Assembly (NCBI GenBank): GCA_963535095.1
Contig: CAUSUW010000002.1
Location: 4,863-68,862, forward strand
Origin: an uncultured Gemella sp.
GTDB taxonomy: Bacteria > Bacillota > Bacilli > Staphylococcales > Gemellaceae
Direction: 5' to 3'
Length of the DNA stretch: 64,000 bases
Under the pieces are notes generated by a model. The model searched no databases. It was not told the DNA's origin and was given only the letters and a program-made list of their open reading frames with translations. Below are positions 52,019 to 62,522 of the stretch, in pieces (the first letter of the stretch is position 1; each line of letters begins with the position of its first letter). The position numbers and the translations under genes were made by a program.

Positions 52019-54130
52019 CTAATTATTATTTTTGCGTTTTAGTAATCCTATTAAAGCAAGGAATGAAAGTCCGATTGCTGATAAGAAGTTGTTTGTAGTT
52101 TCTCCTGTATTTGGAAGAGTTTTAGAAATTGAATTTAATTTATTTGTATTCAATACCTTTTTCTCTTCTTTAACAGAAGTAGTTTTTGAATTTTCAGATT
52201 TGCTTGGAATAGTAGCAGTACCATTGTTGATATCTAATGTTGGTAATTCTGCAACAGAAGGTGCGTAAGTTGGAACTGCGTATTCAAATTTAGTTCCGTC
52301 TTCATTTATTTCGATTTTATTTCCATTTTCTGAAACATTTGTACTTCTAATAGCTGGATTCATTTTGAATTGGTGTTTATCTTGGAAGTATTGACCAATT
52401 TCTAAAAGAATTTTCTCAGAGTTATTTTTAGCAGCGAACATAACTCCAAATGGTAGATTTTTATCACTTAGATATGTAGGTAAAGAGATTGCTGGATTTC
52501 CAGATAAATTAAATACCCAAGTGTATGGAGAACGTCTTGTCATCGGTAACCATTGTTTAGTTAATAAATTAAATCTTTCTTTTGGATCTTTAATTTTGTT
52601 AATATTATATAGTTGTTCTTCAACTTCTGGATCTACATAAGGATCAACCTTTTTGTCATTTGATGGGGCGGTAACTGCGTTAGTTGGAACTAAGAATAGA
52701 TCATATTTTTTATAAAATGCATTCATTTGATCTATAAATGTAGATAATGGTTTTACTGAAGAAATATCAGTATTTGCATTTGGTCCTATATATGAAGAAG
52801 TTCCTAATCCGTAAGTTGTAGGGTCTAATTGACGTTTGTTTTCTTCTGTCACACCTTTAACAGCTGCAACATAACTTTCTTCTCCGATACCACCTACAGT
52901 GTATGTTTTAATACCTTCGTATCCATCGATAGGGAATTCTTTAACTTCTTCAACAGTAAATCCTTCTTTTCTTAGGAAAGCTACTGTTTCTAAAATAGCT
53001 TTTTTAGCAACTTCACTTAATTCAAGATCTTTAAGTGGAGTTTTAAGAGTGTAGGCTATTTTTAATTTTTTCAAATCTTTAGGCGGTTCTACTAACGTTT
53101 TTGGTTTACTTAATTCAGTTTTTTCAAAGTAAGCTTTAGCATCTTCGATAGTTTTTACTAGAGGGAATTTAACAACGTGCCCTGTTGGTTTTAGACCGAT
53201 AAGTCCAGTCCATGAAGAAGGAATTCGGATAGAGCCACCAGCATCACTACCACTAGCTATAGGTACCATACCACTAGCTACAGCACCAGCACTTCCTCCT
53301 GAAGATCCTCCAGTATTACGGCTAGGATCCCATGGATTACCAGCAGGTCCAAATAATTTAGAATCTGTGATATTTCTAGTTCCTAATTCTGGGTAGTTAG
53401 TTTGACCAAGTATAACAAAACCTAATTTAGCAAATTCTTTGGCTACAGGACCACTTTCGTCAGCAATTTTACCCTTGTTTAGATAAACACCATTAGTATA
53501 GTCACCATTTTTAAGTTGATCAAGACCTTTGATTAAAGCAGGGACACCTAAGAAAGGTTGTGCTTTCCAATCAATAGGGTTAGCAGCTAGTTTACCAGCG
53601 CTAATACGATTGTCAATTTCTTTAGCAGTTCTATATGCTTCATCAACAATAGCTTTAGGAATTTTCCCATTTTCTGTTGTTAGTACAGCATTTAATTTAG
53701 GATTTTCTTCTGCAATGACTTTATAAGCTAAGTCGACAAGTTCTGTACTAGTAACTTTTCTCTCACGGATTAATTGAGCAAGTTCTAGAGCACTTTTTTG
53801 TTTATATTCAGCTACTGTGAATTGCGCTTTTGGTTTAACAGTTTCGTTGTTAATAACACTTGCACTATTAGTTGTTTCATTGTTATTTACAGTTGTTGGT
53901 TTTATACTGTTAGCTAGACTAGCAGGAGTAGTAGCTGTTGTTTCTGCAATATTGTTAGTAGTAGGAATACTAGCAGGTTTTTCGCTAGTAGTTTCTGGTT
54001 TATTAACAGTTGAAGTTGTAGCAGCTTTATCTTCATTAGCTTTGGCTTGATTATCGTTAGCTAAAACAGGGAATAACGCTGCAGCAGCAAATGCTGGGAT
54101 AAGAACATATTTAATATTATTTTTTTTCAT
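52019..54130 (-). CDS. Cell-wall-anchored amidase-signature family protein (LPNTG), paralog
   Basis: Same architecture, shorter C-terminal region; LPNTG anchor. Confidence 0.88.
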   Translation of the reverse strand: MKKNNIKYVLIPAFAAAALFPVLANDNQAKANEDKAATTSTVNKPETTSEKPASIPTTNNIAETTATTPASLANSIKPTTVNNNETTNSASVINNETVKPKAQFTVAEYKQKSALELAQLIRERKVTSTELVDLAYKVIAEENPKLNAVLTTENGKIPKAIVDEAYRTAKEIDNRISAGKLAANPIDWKAQPFLGVPALIKGLDQLKNGDYTNGVYLNKGKIADESGPVAKEFAKLGFVILGQTNYPELGTRNITDSKLFGPAGNPWDPSRNTGGSSGGSAGAVASGMVPIASGSDAGGSIRIPSSWTGLIGLKPTGHVVKFPLVKTIEDAKAYFEKTELSKPKTLVEPPKDLKKLKIAYTLKTPLKDLELSEVAKKAILETVAFLRKEGFTVEEVKEFPIDGYEGIKTYTVGGIGEESYVAAVKGVTEENKRQLDPTTYGLGTSSYIGPNANTDISSVKPLSTFIDQMNAFYKKYDLFLVPTNAVTAPSNDKKVDPYVDPEVEEQLYNINKIKDPKERFNLLTKQWLPMTRRSPYTWVFNLSGNPAISLPTYLSDKNLPFGVMFAAKNNSEKILLEIGQYFQDKHQFKMNPAIRSTNVSENGNKIEINEDGTKFEYAVPTYAPSVAELPTLDINNGTATIPSKSENSKTTSVKEEKKVLNTNKLNSISKTLPNTGETTNNFLSAIGLSFLALIGLLKRKNNN

Positions 54131-54334
54131 TTTTAACTCCTATTATAAAATAAATATTTAAATAAATGATTGAAGCTCTGAAAAAGCTTTCTATTTATGA
54201 TTATACTCCCGTAATGATTATCAATCAAGTAAATAAATTTCTAAAATAAAAAAAATATAAGTGACTTAATAATATTTTTTTATTATTAAGTCACTTATAT
54301 TTTTTATTTAAATTAATTTGTTATTGTTCTTAAA

Positions 54335-55183
54335 TTAGTATCCTTTTAAGGCGTTTAAACGAGCTTCAGATTGCCCTTTAGCGTCTTTTTTCTCACCTTG
54401 GTATACTGCAGATTCCCATGAACCGTACATAGGGTTAGGGAAGATGATGAATTTATCACCAAATTCAGCTTTTAATTGTTCAAACATTTTATCCCTATCA
54501 GCTTCTGATTTAGTAGAAAATTCAGCGAAGTCAACTAAGTTATCCCCAAATAACATAACAAGATTAGTATGTTTTAAAACTTCTTGACGACGTCCTTCTT
54601 TAGATTTGTCACCTTCTTTTTTGAACATTAGGTGATCGCGTCCTTGAACAGGTAATCCTTGTGCTTCAAGGTTTTTAATAGTTGCATCTACTTGAGCATC
54701 TGTTCTATCAGAAATGTAGTAGATTTGAACTTTATTTTTATCTGCAAATTGTAAGAATTCTTTAGCTCCAGCTACAGGAGTTGCTTCTGCTTTTTGAACC
54801 CATTCGTCCCATAATTTAGGATTAAATGCAGTTCCATCTTTAATCATTTTTACTTGGAATGGAATGTTGCTTAATACTGTTTCATCAATATCTAATACGA
54901 TAGAATAAGGTTTATTCGTAGGTTGTTTTAATAATTCTTTTAATTTATTAGTAGCAACGTTATAACCTTGTTGATATAATGCATCTACTTCAGCAGCATT
55001 TTGATACCATAGAGTCCCCATAGTATTTTCTCTAGATCTAAGTTGATCATAAGTAAGAGTTATTTTATTATCCCCACTCTTATTTTCTTCTTTTTTTTCT
55101 TCAGTTTTTTGTGCACATCCAGTTGCAAGAACAACTGTAGCTAATACTGAAGAAATAGTCATAATAAGTTTTTTATTTTTCAT
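54335..55183 (-). CDS. 5'-nucleotidase/class C acid phosphatase lipoprotein, e(P4) family
   Basis: Lipobox ATGC, DIDETVL, FGDNL.DF, PNPMYGSWE. Confidence 0.92.
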   Translation of the reverse strand: MKNKKLIMTISSVLATVVLATGCAQKTEEKKEENKSGDNKITLTYDQLRSRENTMGTLWYQNAAEVDALYQQGYNVATNKLKELLKQPTNKPYSIVLDIDETVLSNIPFQVKMIKDGTAFNPKLWDEWVQKAEATPVAGAKEFLQFADKNKVQIYYISDRTDAQVDATIKNLEAQGLPVQGRDHLMFKKEGDKSKEGRRQEVLKHTNLVMLFGDNLVDFAEFSTKSEADRDKMFEQLKAEFGDKFIIFPNPMYGSWESAVYQGEKKDAKGQSEARLNALKGY

Positions 55184-55564
55184 AATATATATAGCTCCTT
55201 TTGTTATCTACATATACAAGTATAGAATATAAATATAAAAAATTCAATGTATAATTATTTTTGAAAAATTTATAAATTAAATATTTTTTTATAGAAAATA
55301 TAAACCAATTGAGAAAACGCTTTATTCAATGATAATTAAATAAAAATAATATTATTATTTTTTTAGAGGGTTAATCAGTGAATTTCCAAAAAAATTATTT
55401 ATATTCTAAAATATATAAATAATAGTGGAATATTACTGAGAAAGAATAATAAAAATCATAGAAAGAATTGAAAAGTAGAAAAATATATAGAACTTGTAAA
55501 AAATATTTATTCTAAGATTTAAATAAACACGACTGAAATGTTATGATAATTTCAGTCGTGTTTA

Positions 55565-57328
55565 TTATAAAATATTAATTAGTCGTAATATTTTATCGTA
55601 ATAGGAATAATTATTTTCCAAAATATTTTTTTCATCTTTCACAAGTTCGGGTTCATCGGTAATAATACCATCTGCGGGACTCTGTAAATATTTAGTGATT
55701 AAAGCTGGATTGTTTATAGTCCATACAAAAACTTGTTTATTTTCTTTTCTAGCTTGCTCGACTAGACGATCTCTATATGAGAAGTCTTCTATGACGAAAA
55801 AGTCAATATTACTATGATGAAAATTTCCGAATTGAAGAGGAATAACATAACCAGTTTCTAAGTTTGGTACTTTTGTTTCTAGTTCTTCCATAACTTTAGA
55901 GTTTAATGACATAAACTTATAATTTTCAAGTTTTAATCTCTTAATTTCACCAATTAATATGTCGATATAATTAGATGGTTCAGCTCCATGAGGTTTAAGT
56001 TCGATTACAAGCTTCATGTTTAATTCTTTCGCTTTATTTACAAATTCTTCTAATGATGGAATTTTACTAGTAAAATCACCTTGTTTAATTGTTAGTCCTA
56101 CTACTTCATCAAAATTCATATCTTGAACTCGTTTATTCAATCCTGCAAGTCTTTTTAAATTATAATCGTGCATTACTACAAATTTATTGTCTTTTGTTAG
56201 AATAATATCAAATTCTACGTAATCAGCACCAACTTCAGCCGCTCCTTCAAGCGCTTCTATTGAATTCTCTACACCTTTAGCAACATATCCACGGTGAGCT
56301 ATAGTCTCAATGTTTTTGTTAACACCGTTTCCGTACATATTAAAACCATTCATAAGAACCGCAACAACTATAATTACTGTAGTCAATGTTACTACTAATC
56401 TTGATTTTTTCTTATTCTCATTAAGATTATTAACCAGTTTTTCGGATATTTCATTATGGTCTATTAGAACAGTTATTAATGAAGTTATAACCGTTACTTT
56501 TGAAATAACACCTAAAAAGAAGATAATTCCACTTATCGAAGAGAAAAATAGTGTTTGTATAATCGGATTATTACCGTCATTATCGAAATAGATACAAATG
56601 TATGTAATTACACCAGTTAAAACGGCAGCAATTAATAAATATATTATTTCAAATAATAGTATAGTTAAGACAAGTTTTCTTTTACCAGTTTTTGTAAGTT
56701 CCCAACTTCTTTTAATACTATCCAGTATATTTTCATCCCCGACAGCAGTTAGTGGAAGGGTAAAAATTAGTCTGAGATTCAGATAAGCAAAAACTATCAT
56801 AATTAATCCCCATACAATAAGCCCACTGTTAGTTTTCATAATTTCACTACTTATAAACTTCGGTATAAATAAATTCTTTGCAAGAACAGATTTTACCCCA
56901 AGATTTATCGTAGGTATAGTTATTAAAAAGTAGAATATAAAAAATAAGGTTTGAAAACCTGCAAGATTTTTTGTCTTAGTCCACGCATTGTCTAATATTC
57001 TTCGAAATGAATATTGTTTTTCCGTTAATTGACCATAGATAGTAAAGGTTAGTATAGAAAACTCAATAAACATAAAAAATGCTACAATAAGAACTAGTAA
57101 GTTTAAAATCACAAAACTATAGGGATTAGTAAGGATATGTAGAATATTATTCTTATCTAAATGTTCTTCACCTGCAAGTGTAAGAGCGAGCTGGAAGATT
57201 CTAGATATAAGCCATAAACTACAAATAAGCATTAGCTGAATAATTGCAGCAATAGATATATATGTAAATTTATAACGATTTATATTTTTTAGAATATTGG
57301 AAAATAAATTATAAATCTTAAAATCCAT
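55565..57328 (-). CDS. Glycerophosphodiester phosphodiesterase with membrane domain
   Basis: Multi-TM N-terminus; AHRG, EN, EFD, HD, IELK, VWTIN, IITD. Confidence 0.9.
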   Translation of the reverse strand: MDFKIYNLFSNILKNINRYKFTYISIAAIIQLMLICSLWLISRIFQLALTLAGEEHLDKNNILHILTNPYSFVILNLLVLIVAFFMFIEFSILTFTIYGQLTEKQYSFRRILDNAWTKTKNLAGFQTLFFIFYFLITIPTINLGVKSVLAKNLFIPKFISSEIMKTNSGLIVWGLIMIVFAYLNLRLIFTLPLTAVGDENILDSIKRSWELTKTGKRKLVLTILLFEIIYLLIAAVLTGVITYICIYFDNDGNNPIIQTLFFSSISGIIFFLGVISKVTVITSLITVLIDHNEISEKLVNNLNENKKKSRLVVTLTTVIIVVAVLMNGFNMYGNGVNKNIETIAHRGYVAKGVENSIEALEGAAEVGADYVEFDIILTKDNKFVVMHDYNLKRLAGLNKRVQDMNFDEVVGLTIKQGDFTSKIPSLEEFVNKAKELNMKLVIELKPHGAEPSNYIDILIGEIKRLKLENYKFMSLNSKVMEELETKVPNLETGYVIPLQFGNFHHSNIDFFVIEDFSYRDRLVEQARKENKQVFVWTINNPALITKYLQSPADGIITDEPELVKDEKNILENNYSYYDKILRLINIL

Positions 57329-57419
57329 GATAACCTCACTTTCTATAGTATTTTTATGCTATTAGATTATATCAAAATTACTATTTTCAAGCAAGGATAA
57401 GAAGCTTTAAAAAATATTT

Positions 57420-57491
57420 ATGGTAACGTTACTTTTCCCTATTGACATTTGTGGTAGAAGAGGTGTACAATAAAAAAAGTAACGTTACCAT
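57420..57491 (+). promoter_or_regulatory. scr operon promoter bracketed by two LacI-type operators
   Basis: ATGGTAACGTTACTTTT (57420) and its exact inverse (57475) flank TTGACA(57442)...TACAAT(57466). Confidence 0.7.
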
Positions 57492-57548
57492 TAGTGTTTG
57501 GTAAACGTTAAGAGTCATTATATAAAAAAATACAAAGGAGAAAGAACT

Positions 57549-59051
57549 ATGGACTTAAAAAAAGTTGTAAAAGAAGTTGTTGAACATAGTGGTGGTCAAG
57601 AAAACTTACGATCTGTTGTTCACTGTGCAACTCGTCTTCGTTTAGAATTAAACGATGAAAAAAAATATAATAAAGAAAAATTAGAGGATATTGAAGGTGT
57701 TAAAGGTGTATTCTTTAATAATGGTCAACTTCAATTAATCTTCGGAAGTGGTCTTGTTCAACAAGTTTACGCGGCATATAATGAAGTATTTAAAGGTGCT
57801 GCTTCAAATAGTGAAGAAGATTCAAGTGAAACTGTTAAAAAACCAAAAGGAAATCCACTACAGCGTTTTGTAAAAATGTTAAGTGATATTTTCGTTCCGA
57901 TTATCCCAGCGATCGTTGCTGGTGGTCTTTTAATGGGTATCAATAACGTCTTAACAGCTAAAGATTTATTCTACACTGGTAAATCAGTTATTGAAGCTAA
58001 CCCAGGTATTGCAGGTCTTGCTGATATGGTTAACGTATTTGCTAATGCACCGTTTGTATTCTTACCTGTATTAATTGGTTTCTCTGCTACTAAACGTTTT
58101 GGTGGTAACCCATATCTTGGGGCAGCACTTGCGATGTTAATGGTTCACCCAGATGTAATGAACTTTTATGTATTTGGTAAATTAGATCCATCTACAAACC
58201 AACTTCTTGCTCCAGCATTAGATATCGTTAACCAAAGTGGTCAAGCAGTTGATGGACTGCAAAGACTTACATCTCTTCAATACTGGGATGTATTTGGATT
58301 TAAGATTGCTAAAGTAGGATATCAAGGAACTGTATTACCAATCCTTGCAGCTGCTTGGTTATTAGCGACAATTGAAAAATTCTTACGTCGTGTAACTCCA
58401 TCATGGTTAGATAACTTAACTACACCATTAGTTTCATTATTCGTAACTGGATTTGTAACATTCGCATGGATGGGGCCTGTACTTCGTGAAGCTGGTACTT
58501 TATTAGGTGAAGGATTACAATGGTTATACATGCAAGGTGGATTCGTAGGAGCAGGTATTTTCGGTTTATTCTACGCACCAATCGTAATCACTGGATTACA
58601 CCAAAGCTTCTCTGCTATCGAAACTCAATTACTAGCTGCAACAGGATTAACATTTATCTTTCCAATCGCATCTATGTCTAACGTAGCACAAGGTGCAGCG
58701 GTCCTTGCAGTATTAGTATTCTCTAAAAACACAAAAATGAAATCAATCTCATCAGCATCTGGAATTTCTGCATTATTAGGTATTACAGAGCCGGCTATGT
58801 TCGGGGTTAACTTAAGACTTAGATATCCATTCTACGGAGCTATTGTAGGAAGTGCGGTAGGAAGTGCATGGATTGGATTAAACAAAGTATTTGCATCAGC
58901 ATTAGGAGCGGCAGGTCTTCCAGGATTCTTATCAATTCCTGCTAACCACTGGTCAACATTTGGTATTGGTTTAGCATTATCATTCATAGTTTCATTCTCA
59001 GTAACAGCATACTTCTTCAAGACTAAGAAGGAACTTGTAAATGCTAGCTAA
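57549..59051 (+). CDS. scrA: PTS sucrose-specific EIIBC
   Basis: HCATRLR, ITGLHQSF, GITEPAMFGVNL; next to GH32 hydrolase; start MDLKK after AAGGAG. Confidence 0.88.
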   Translation: MDLKKVVKEVVEHSGGQENLRSVVHCATRLRLELNDEKKYNKEKLEDIEGVKGVFFNNGQLQLIFGSGLVQQVYAAYNEVFKGAASNSEEDSSETVKKPKGNPLQRFVKMLSDIFVPIIPAIVAGGLLMGINNVLTAKDLFYTGKSVIEANPGIAGLADMVNVFANAPFVFLPVLIGFSATKRFGGNPYLGAALAMLMVHPDVMNFYVFGKLDPSTNQLLAPALDIVNQSGQAVDGLQRLTSLQYWDVFGFKIAKVGYQGTVLPILAAAWLLATIEKFLRRVTPSWLDNLTTPLVSLFVTGFVTFAWMGPVLREAGTLLGEGLQWLYMQGGFVGAGIFGLFYAPIVITGLHQSFSAIETQLLAATGLTFIFPIASMSNVAQGAAVLAVLVFSKNTKMKSISSASGISALLGITEPAMFGVNLRLRYPFYGAIVGSAVGSAWIGLNKVFASALGAAGLPGFLSIPANHWSTFGIGLALSFIVSFSVTAYFFKTKKELVNAS

Positions 59052-60351
59052 TAACTGGAAACAAAATCTTCATTTAGAACCTACTAAAGGTTGGCTTAAT
59101 GATCCGAATGGATTAGCTTACTTTAAAGGTAAATATCATATTTTTCACCAATATTCATATGAAGTAAACGGAGGACTAAAATTATGGTATTACTATACTA
59201 GTAGTGATCTAAAAAATTATGAAGATCGTGGCGTTTTCTTAACACCAACGATTGAAGAAGAAACACATGGTGTGTATTCAGGAAGTGCCAATATAGAAGA
59301 CGGAAAATTAGTCTTCTATTACACAGGAAATGTGAAATATCAAGGAAATTATGATTACGTTCATGCTGGACGTGGTCATAATACCATATCTTTTGAAACG
59401 GAAGATGGAATTAATTTTACTGAGAAAAAATGTCTGTTAAAAACAGATGATTACCCTAATATGTCAAATCATGTTAGGGATCCAAAGATATTTGAAAAAA
59501 ATGGAAAAAAATATCTAGTGCTAGGTGCTAGAGATAGTAATGATTGTGGATGTTTATTAGTATATTATAAAGATACTCTTAAACCGTATAAAACTATTTA
59601 TTCACAAAAAAATCTAGGATTCATGTGGGAATGTCCTGATTATTTTGAAGTAGATGGAAAAGAAATATTTATGTTTTCACCTCAAGGTATTACAAGAATG
59701 TACCCATATTATGAAAATATGTATCAAATTGGATATTCTGTTGTAGAAGAAGGAATTGAAAATGTAGATAAATTAGATAACTTCACACTATTAGATTATG
59801 GACATGATTTTTATGCATCACAAACATTTTTAGATGAGGATAATAACCGTGTACTAATTGGTTGGATGTATGTGCCGGATAGTAGTTATACAAATCCGAC
59901 TATAAAGTTTGGTTATCAAAACTGTCTAACAGTGCCTCGTGTAGTAAATTACAAAGATGGAAAAGTTAGACAAACCTTACATAAATCGGTGAAAGATTTA
60001 TTAGGTAGCAATATTAAAACTAATGACTTTAATAAAAATACATGGTATTATAAACAAGAACATGGAGAAAGTTTTGAAATCAGTGTAGCTGATTTTAAAG
60101 TTAGCTATAAAGATAAAGAATTAAAAGTTTCTTTTGGCACTAGTGGTTACGGAAGAAATGATAGAAAATATAAATTGGATTTAGAAGATGTAGAAATAGT
60201 ATTTGATAGTTCATCAATTGAATTATTCGCTAATGGTGGATCATTTACGATTTCGACAAGATTTTACCCAGAAAATCATGATGTGAAAATATTAGCTACT
60301 AATTATGTAGCAAAAGAACTTGGAGCAATCGAAATTAGAGAGGAGAACTAA
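59041..60351 (+). CDS. scrB: Sucrose-6-phosphate hydrolase (GH32)
   Basis: WLNDPNG, YSGSA, RDPK, MWECPD, DFYASQT. Confidence 0.9.
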   Translation: MLANNWKQNLHLEPTKGWLNDPNGLAYFKGKYHIFHQYSYEVNGGLKLWYYYTSSDLKNYEDRGVFLTPTIEEETHGVYSGSANIEDGKLVFYYTGNVKYQGNYDYVHAGRGHNTISFETEDGINFTEKKCLLKTDDYPNMSNHVRDPKIFEKNGKKYLVLGARDSNDCGCLLVYYKDTLKPYKTIYSQKNLGFMWECPDYFEVDGKEIFMFSPQGITRMYPYYENMYQIGYSVVEEGIENVDKLDNFTLLDYGHDFYASQTFLDEDNNRVLIGWMYVPDSSYTNPTIKFGYQNCLTVPRVVNYKDGKVRQTLHKSVKDLLGSNIKTNDFNKNTWYYKQEHGESFEISVADFKVSYKDKELKVSFGTSGYGRNDRKYKLDLEDVEIVFDSSSIELFANGGSFTISTRFYPENHDVKILATNYVAKELGAIEIREEN

Positions 60352-60352
60352 A

Positions 60353-61291
60353 ATGGCAGTTTTATGTATAGGAGAAATGCTAATTGACTTTATTGGTGAA
60401 GGTGTAGGAACAATCGATAAAGTAAAATCATTTAAAAAAGAGGCTGGAGGCTGTGTAGCGAACGTTGCTTGTGTTGCGCAAAAACTAGGTCATAAGAGTT
60501 ATTTATTAACATCACTTGGGCAAGATGGTTTTGGTGATTTTCTAGAAAATACTTTAAAAAATGAAAATGTTGATTGCAAATATGTTAGCCGTAAAGCTGA
60601 TAGTTTCACACCATTAGCATTTGTTTCTTTAGATGAAACTGGGGACCGTTCATTTAGTTTTTACTTCAAAGGTTCATCAACGTTAAGAATTAGTAAGGAA
60701 GATGTTGAAAAAGTTGATTTATCTGAAATCGAAGCAATTCACTTCGCAAGTATCGCCATACAAGAAGAATCAAAAGATAGCCATCATTTATTACTGAAAA
60801 AAGCTAAAGAAGCGGGAGTGTTAATTTCTTTTGATGTTAACTTACGATTCAATCTTTGGGATGATCACAAAGTATACCTTGAAACTATTAAAGAATTCTT
60901 ACCTTATGTTGATGTAATAAAAGTTGCTGATAATGAATTAGAATTCTTAACAGGAACTACTAATATCGAAGAAGCATTAAAAAAAGACTTCAGCTACATG
61001 AAAGTTGTTCTTTATACTAAAGGAGAACACGGTGCAGAAGTTTATTATGAAAATCATAAAGTGGTAACTGAAATACCTGATATAAAAGCCGTTGATACTA
61101 CTGGGGCAGGGGATGCTTTTGCTGGTTCATTCTTATCTAAACTATTAAATCATGATGATCTTAATAATATTTCAGAAGAAGAATTAGCGCGTATGGCAAC
61201 ATTTGCGACAAACTACGCTAGTTTAACAACTACAAAAACAGGTGCAATCTCAAGTTACTTAACTGAAGAAGAATACAATAATTTAATATAA
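60353..61291 (+). CDS. scrK: Fructokinase (PfkB family)
   Basis: GE.LIDF, GG..ANVA, FDVNLR, DTTGAGDAF. Confidence 0.85.
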   Translation: MAVLCIGEMLIDFIGEGVGTIDKVKSFKKEAGGCVANVACVAQKLGHKSYLLTSLGQDGFGDFLENTLKNENVDCKYVSRKADSFTPLAFVSLDETGDRSFSFYFKGSSTLRISKEDVEKVDLSEIEAIHFASIAIQEESKDSHHLLLKKAKEAGVLISFDVNLRFNLWDDHKVYLETIKEFLPYVDVIKVADNELEFLTGTTNIEEALKKDFSYMKVVLYTKGEHGAEVYYENHKVVTEIPDIKAVDTTGAGDAFAGSFLSKLLNHDDLNNISEEELARMATFATNYASLTTTKTGAISSYLTEEEYNNLI

Positions 61292-61293
61292 GT

Positions 61294-61325
61294 AAAAAAT
61301 AAGTCCTAATTAGGGCTTATTTTTT
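61294..61325 (+). terminator. Terminator after scr operon
   Basis: AAAAAATAAGTCCTAATTAGGGCTTATTTTTT. Confidence 0.75.
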
Positions 61326-61406
61326 ATTAAATAGAAAAATTAAGGCACGTATGATAAAATTAATAATAATGATGAAAAATAAATAATAAAAAAAGTTGGT
61401 GTAAGT

Positions 61407-62159
61407 ATGCAAAATAATATAAAAATAAGATTATCAGTTGATAACTTCTATGATAATATTTCAAAAAACAAACAAAAGACAAAAATTGATCCGAAAGAAC
61501 TTAGTAAGTCATTAGGATATGATGAAAAAATTATTAATGAATTTCCTGATGAAATTAATATGGGGCTTTCTTGTGGGAATCCTATTAATCATTTGAAAAT
61601 TAAAGAAGGGCAATCTTTAATTGATTTAGGGTGTGGAGCTGGAATGGATATTTTCATAACAAAGATGAAGAATCCAAAAGTAGGAACACTTTATGGTTTG
61701 GATAGATTAGATTCAATGTTAGAAAAAGCGAAGAAGGTTAGAGATAATAAGAAATTTGATAATATTGAATTTATTAAAGGTGAATTAATCAATATTCCTT
61801 TAGCAGATAGGTCGGTTGATAGAGTTATTAGTAACTGTGTTATTAATCTAGAACCAGATAAACAAAAAGTATACGATGAAATTTATCGTATTCTAAAAGA
61901 AGATGGTATGTTTGTAATATCTGATATTATTTTGAAAAAAGAGTTGCCACTAGAATGGAAAAATTCTAGTAGAATGCACTGTACTTGAGTGGCTGGTGCT
62001 CTTCTGGAAGAAGAGATGACTGAGATCATTGAAAAATCAGGATTTACGAAGTTCCAAATCATTAATTCAGACGTAACAGATGAATATGCGGAAAAATGGG
62101 GATATGGTAAAGAAATGAAAGATTTTATACAGAGTGGATTACTTATTGGAAGAAAATAA
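61407..62159 (+). CDS. Arsenite methyltransferase (ArsM)-like SAM methyltransferase with in-frame TGA (probable selenocysteine)
   Basis: GLSCGNP, DLGCGAG, VISNCVINL; frame continues past TGA 61986-61988 as CT-U-VAGALLEEE...SGF to TAA 62157-62159; hairpin just downstream of the TGA. Confidence 0.75.
61999..62015 (+). promoter_or_regulatory. Putative bacterial SECIS hairpin
   Basis: CTCTTCT-GGA-AGAAGAG; G-leading loop 17 nt after the UGA. Confidence 0.55.
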
Positions 62160-62522
62160 GTATTTTTGATAATGTTTAAGAAAACGTTAGTCATTTATTT
62201 TGACATGTATAGACAAAACAAGTTAAAATATAAAGAAACAAATAATAATTAAGAAAAAAATTTTTTTTCTAATTTTGTTGTTGGTTAGAGAATAAAATTT
62301 GTGATTTTTGTATAATAGATTGTATAGATAACTTTTTCAATGGTTATGTTATAAAGCAAAATATAAAAAAGTATACAGAATGACTTAGATTTTACTAAGA
62401 AAAAACTGTTAATATATGTTTAGTATTTTAAATAATAGTTTAAACTTGATTTTAGTTAGTTTATATATAATGATTTTATATTGGAAAAAACAACATAAAA
62501 ATATAGTAAGGAGTGAAGGTCA

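Noticed and set aside
49547..54050. Plus-strand ORFs inside the amidase genes
   Set aside because: Antisense shadows of long AT-rich coding sequences.
55312..55325. cre site upstream of the e(P4) gene
   Set aside because: Two mismatches at conserved positions; insufficient support.
61883..62194. Minus-strand 103-aa ORF
   Set aside because: Shadow of the read-through methyltransferase frame; no RBS or recognisable motif.
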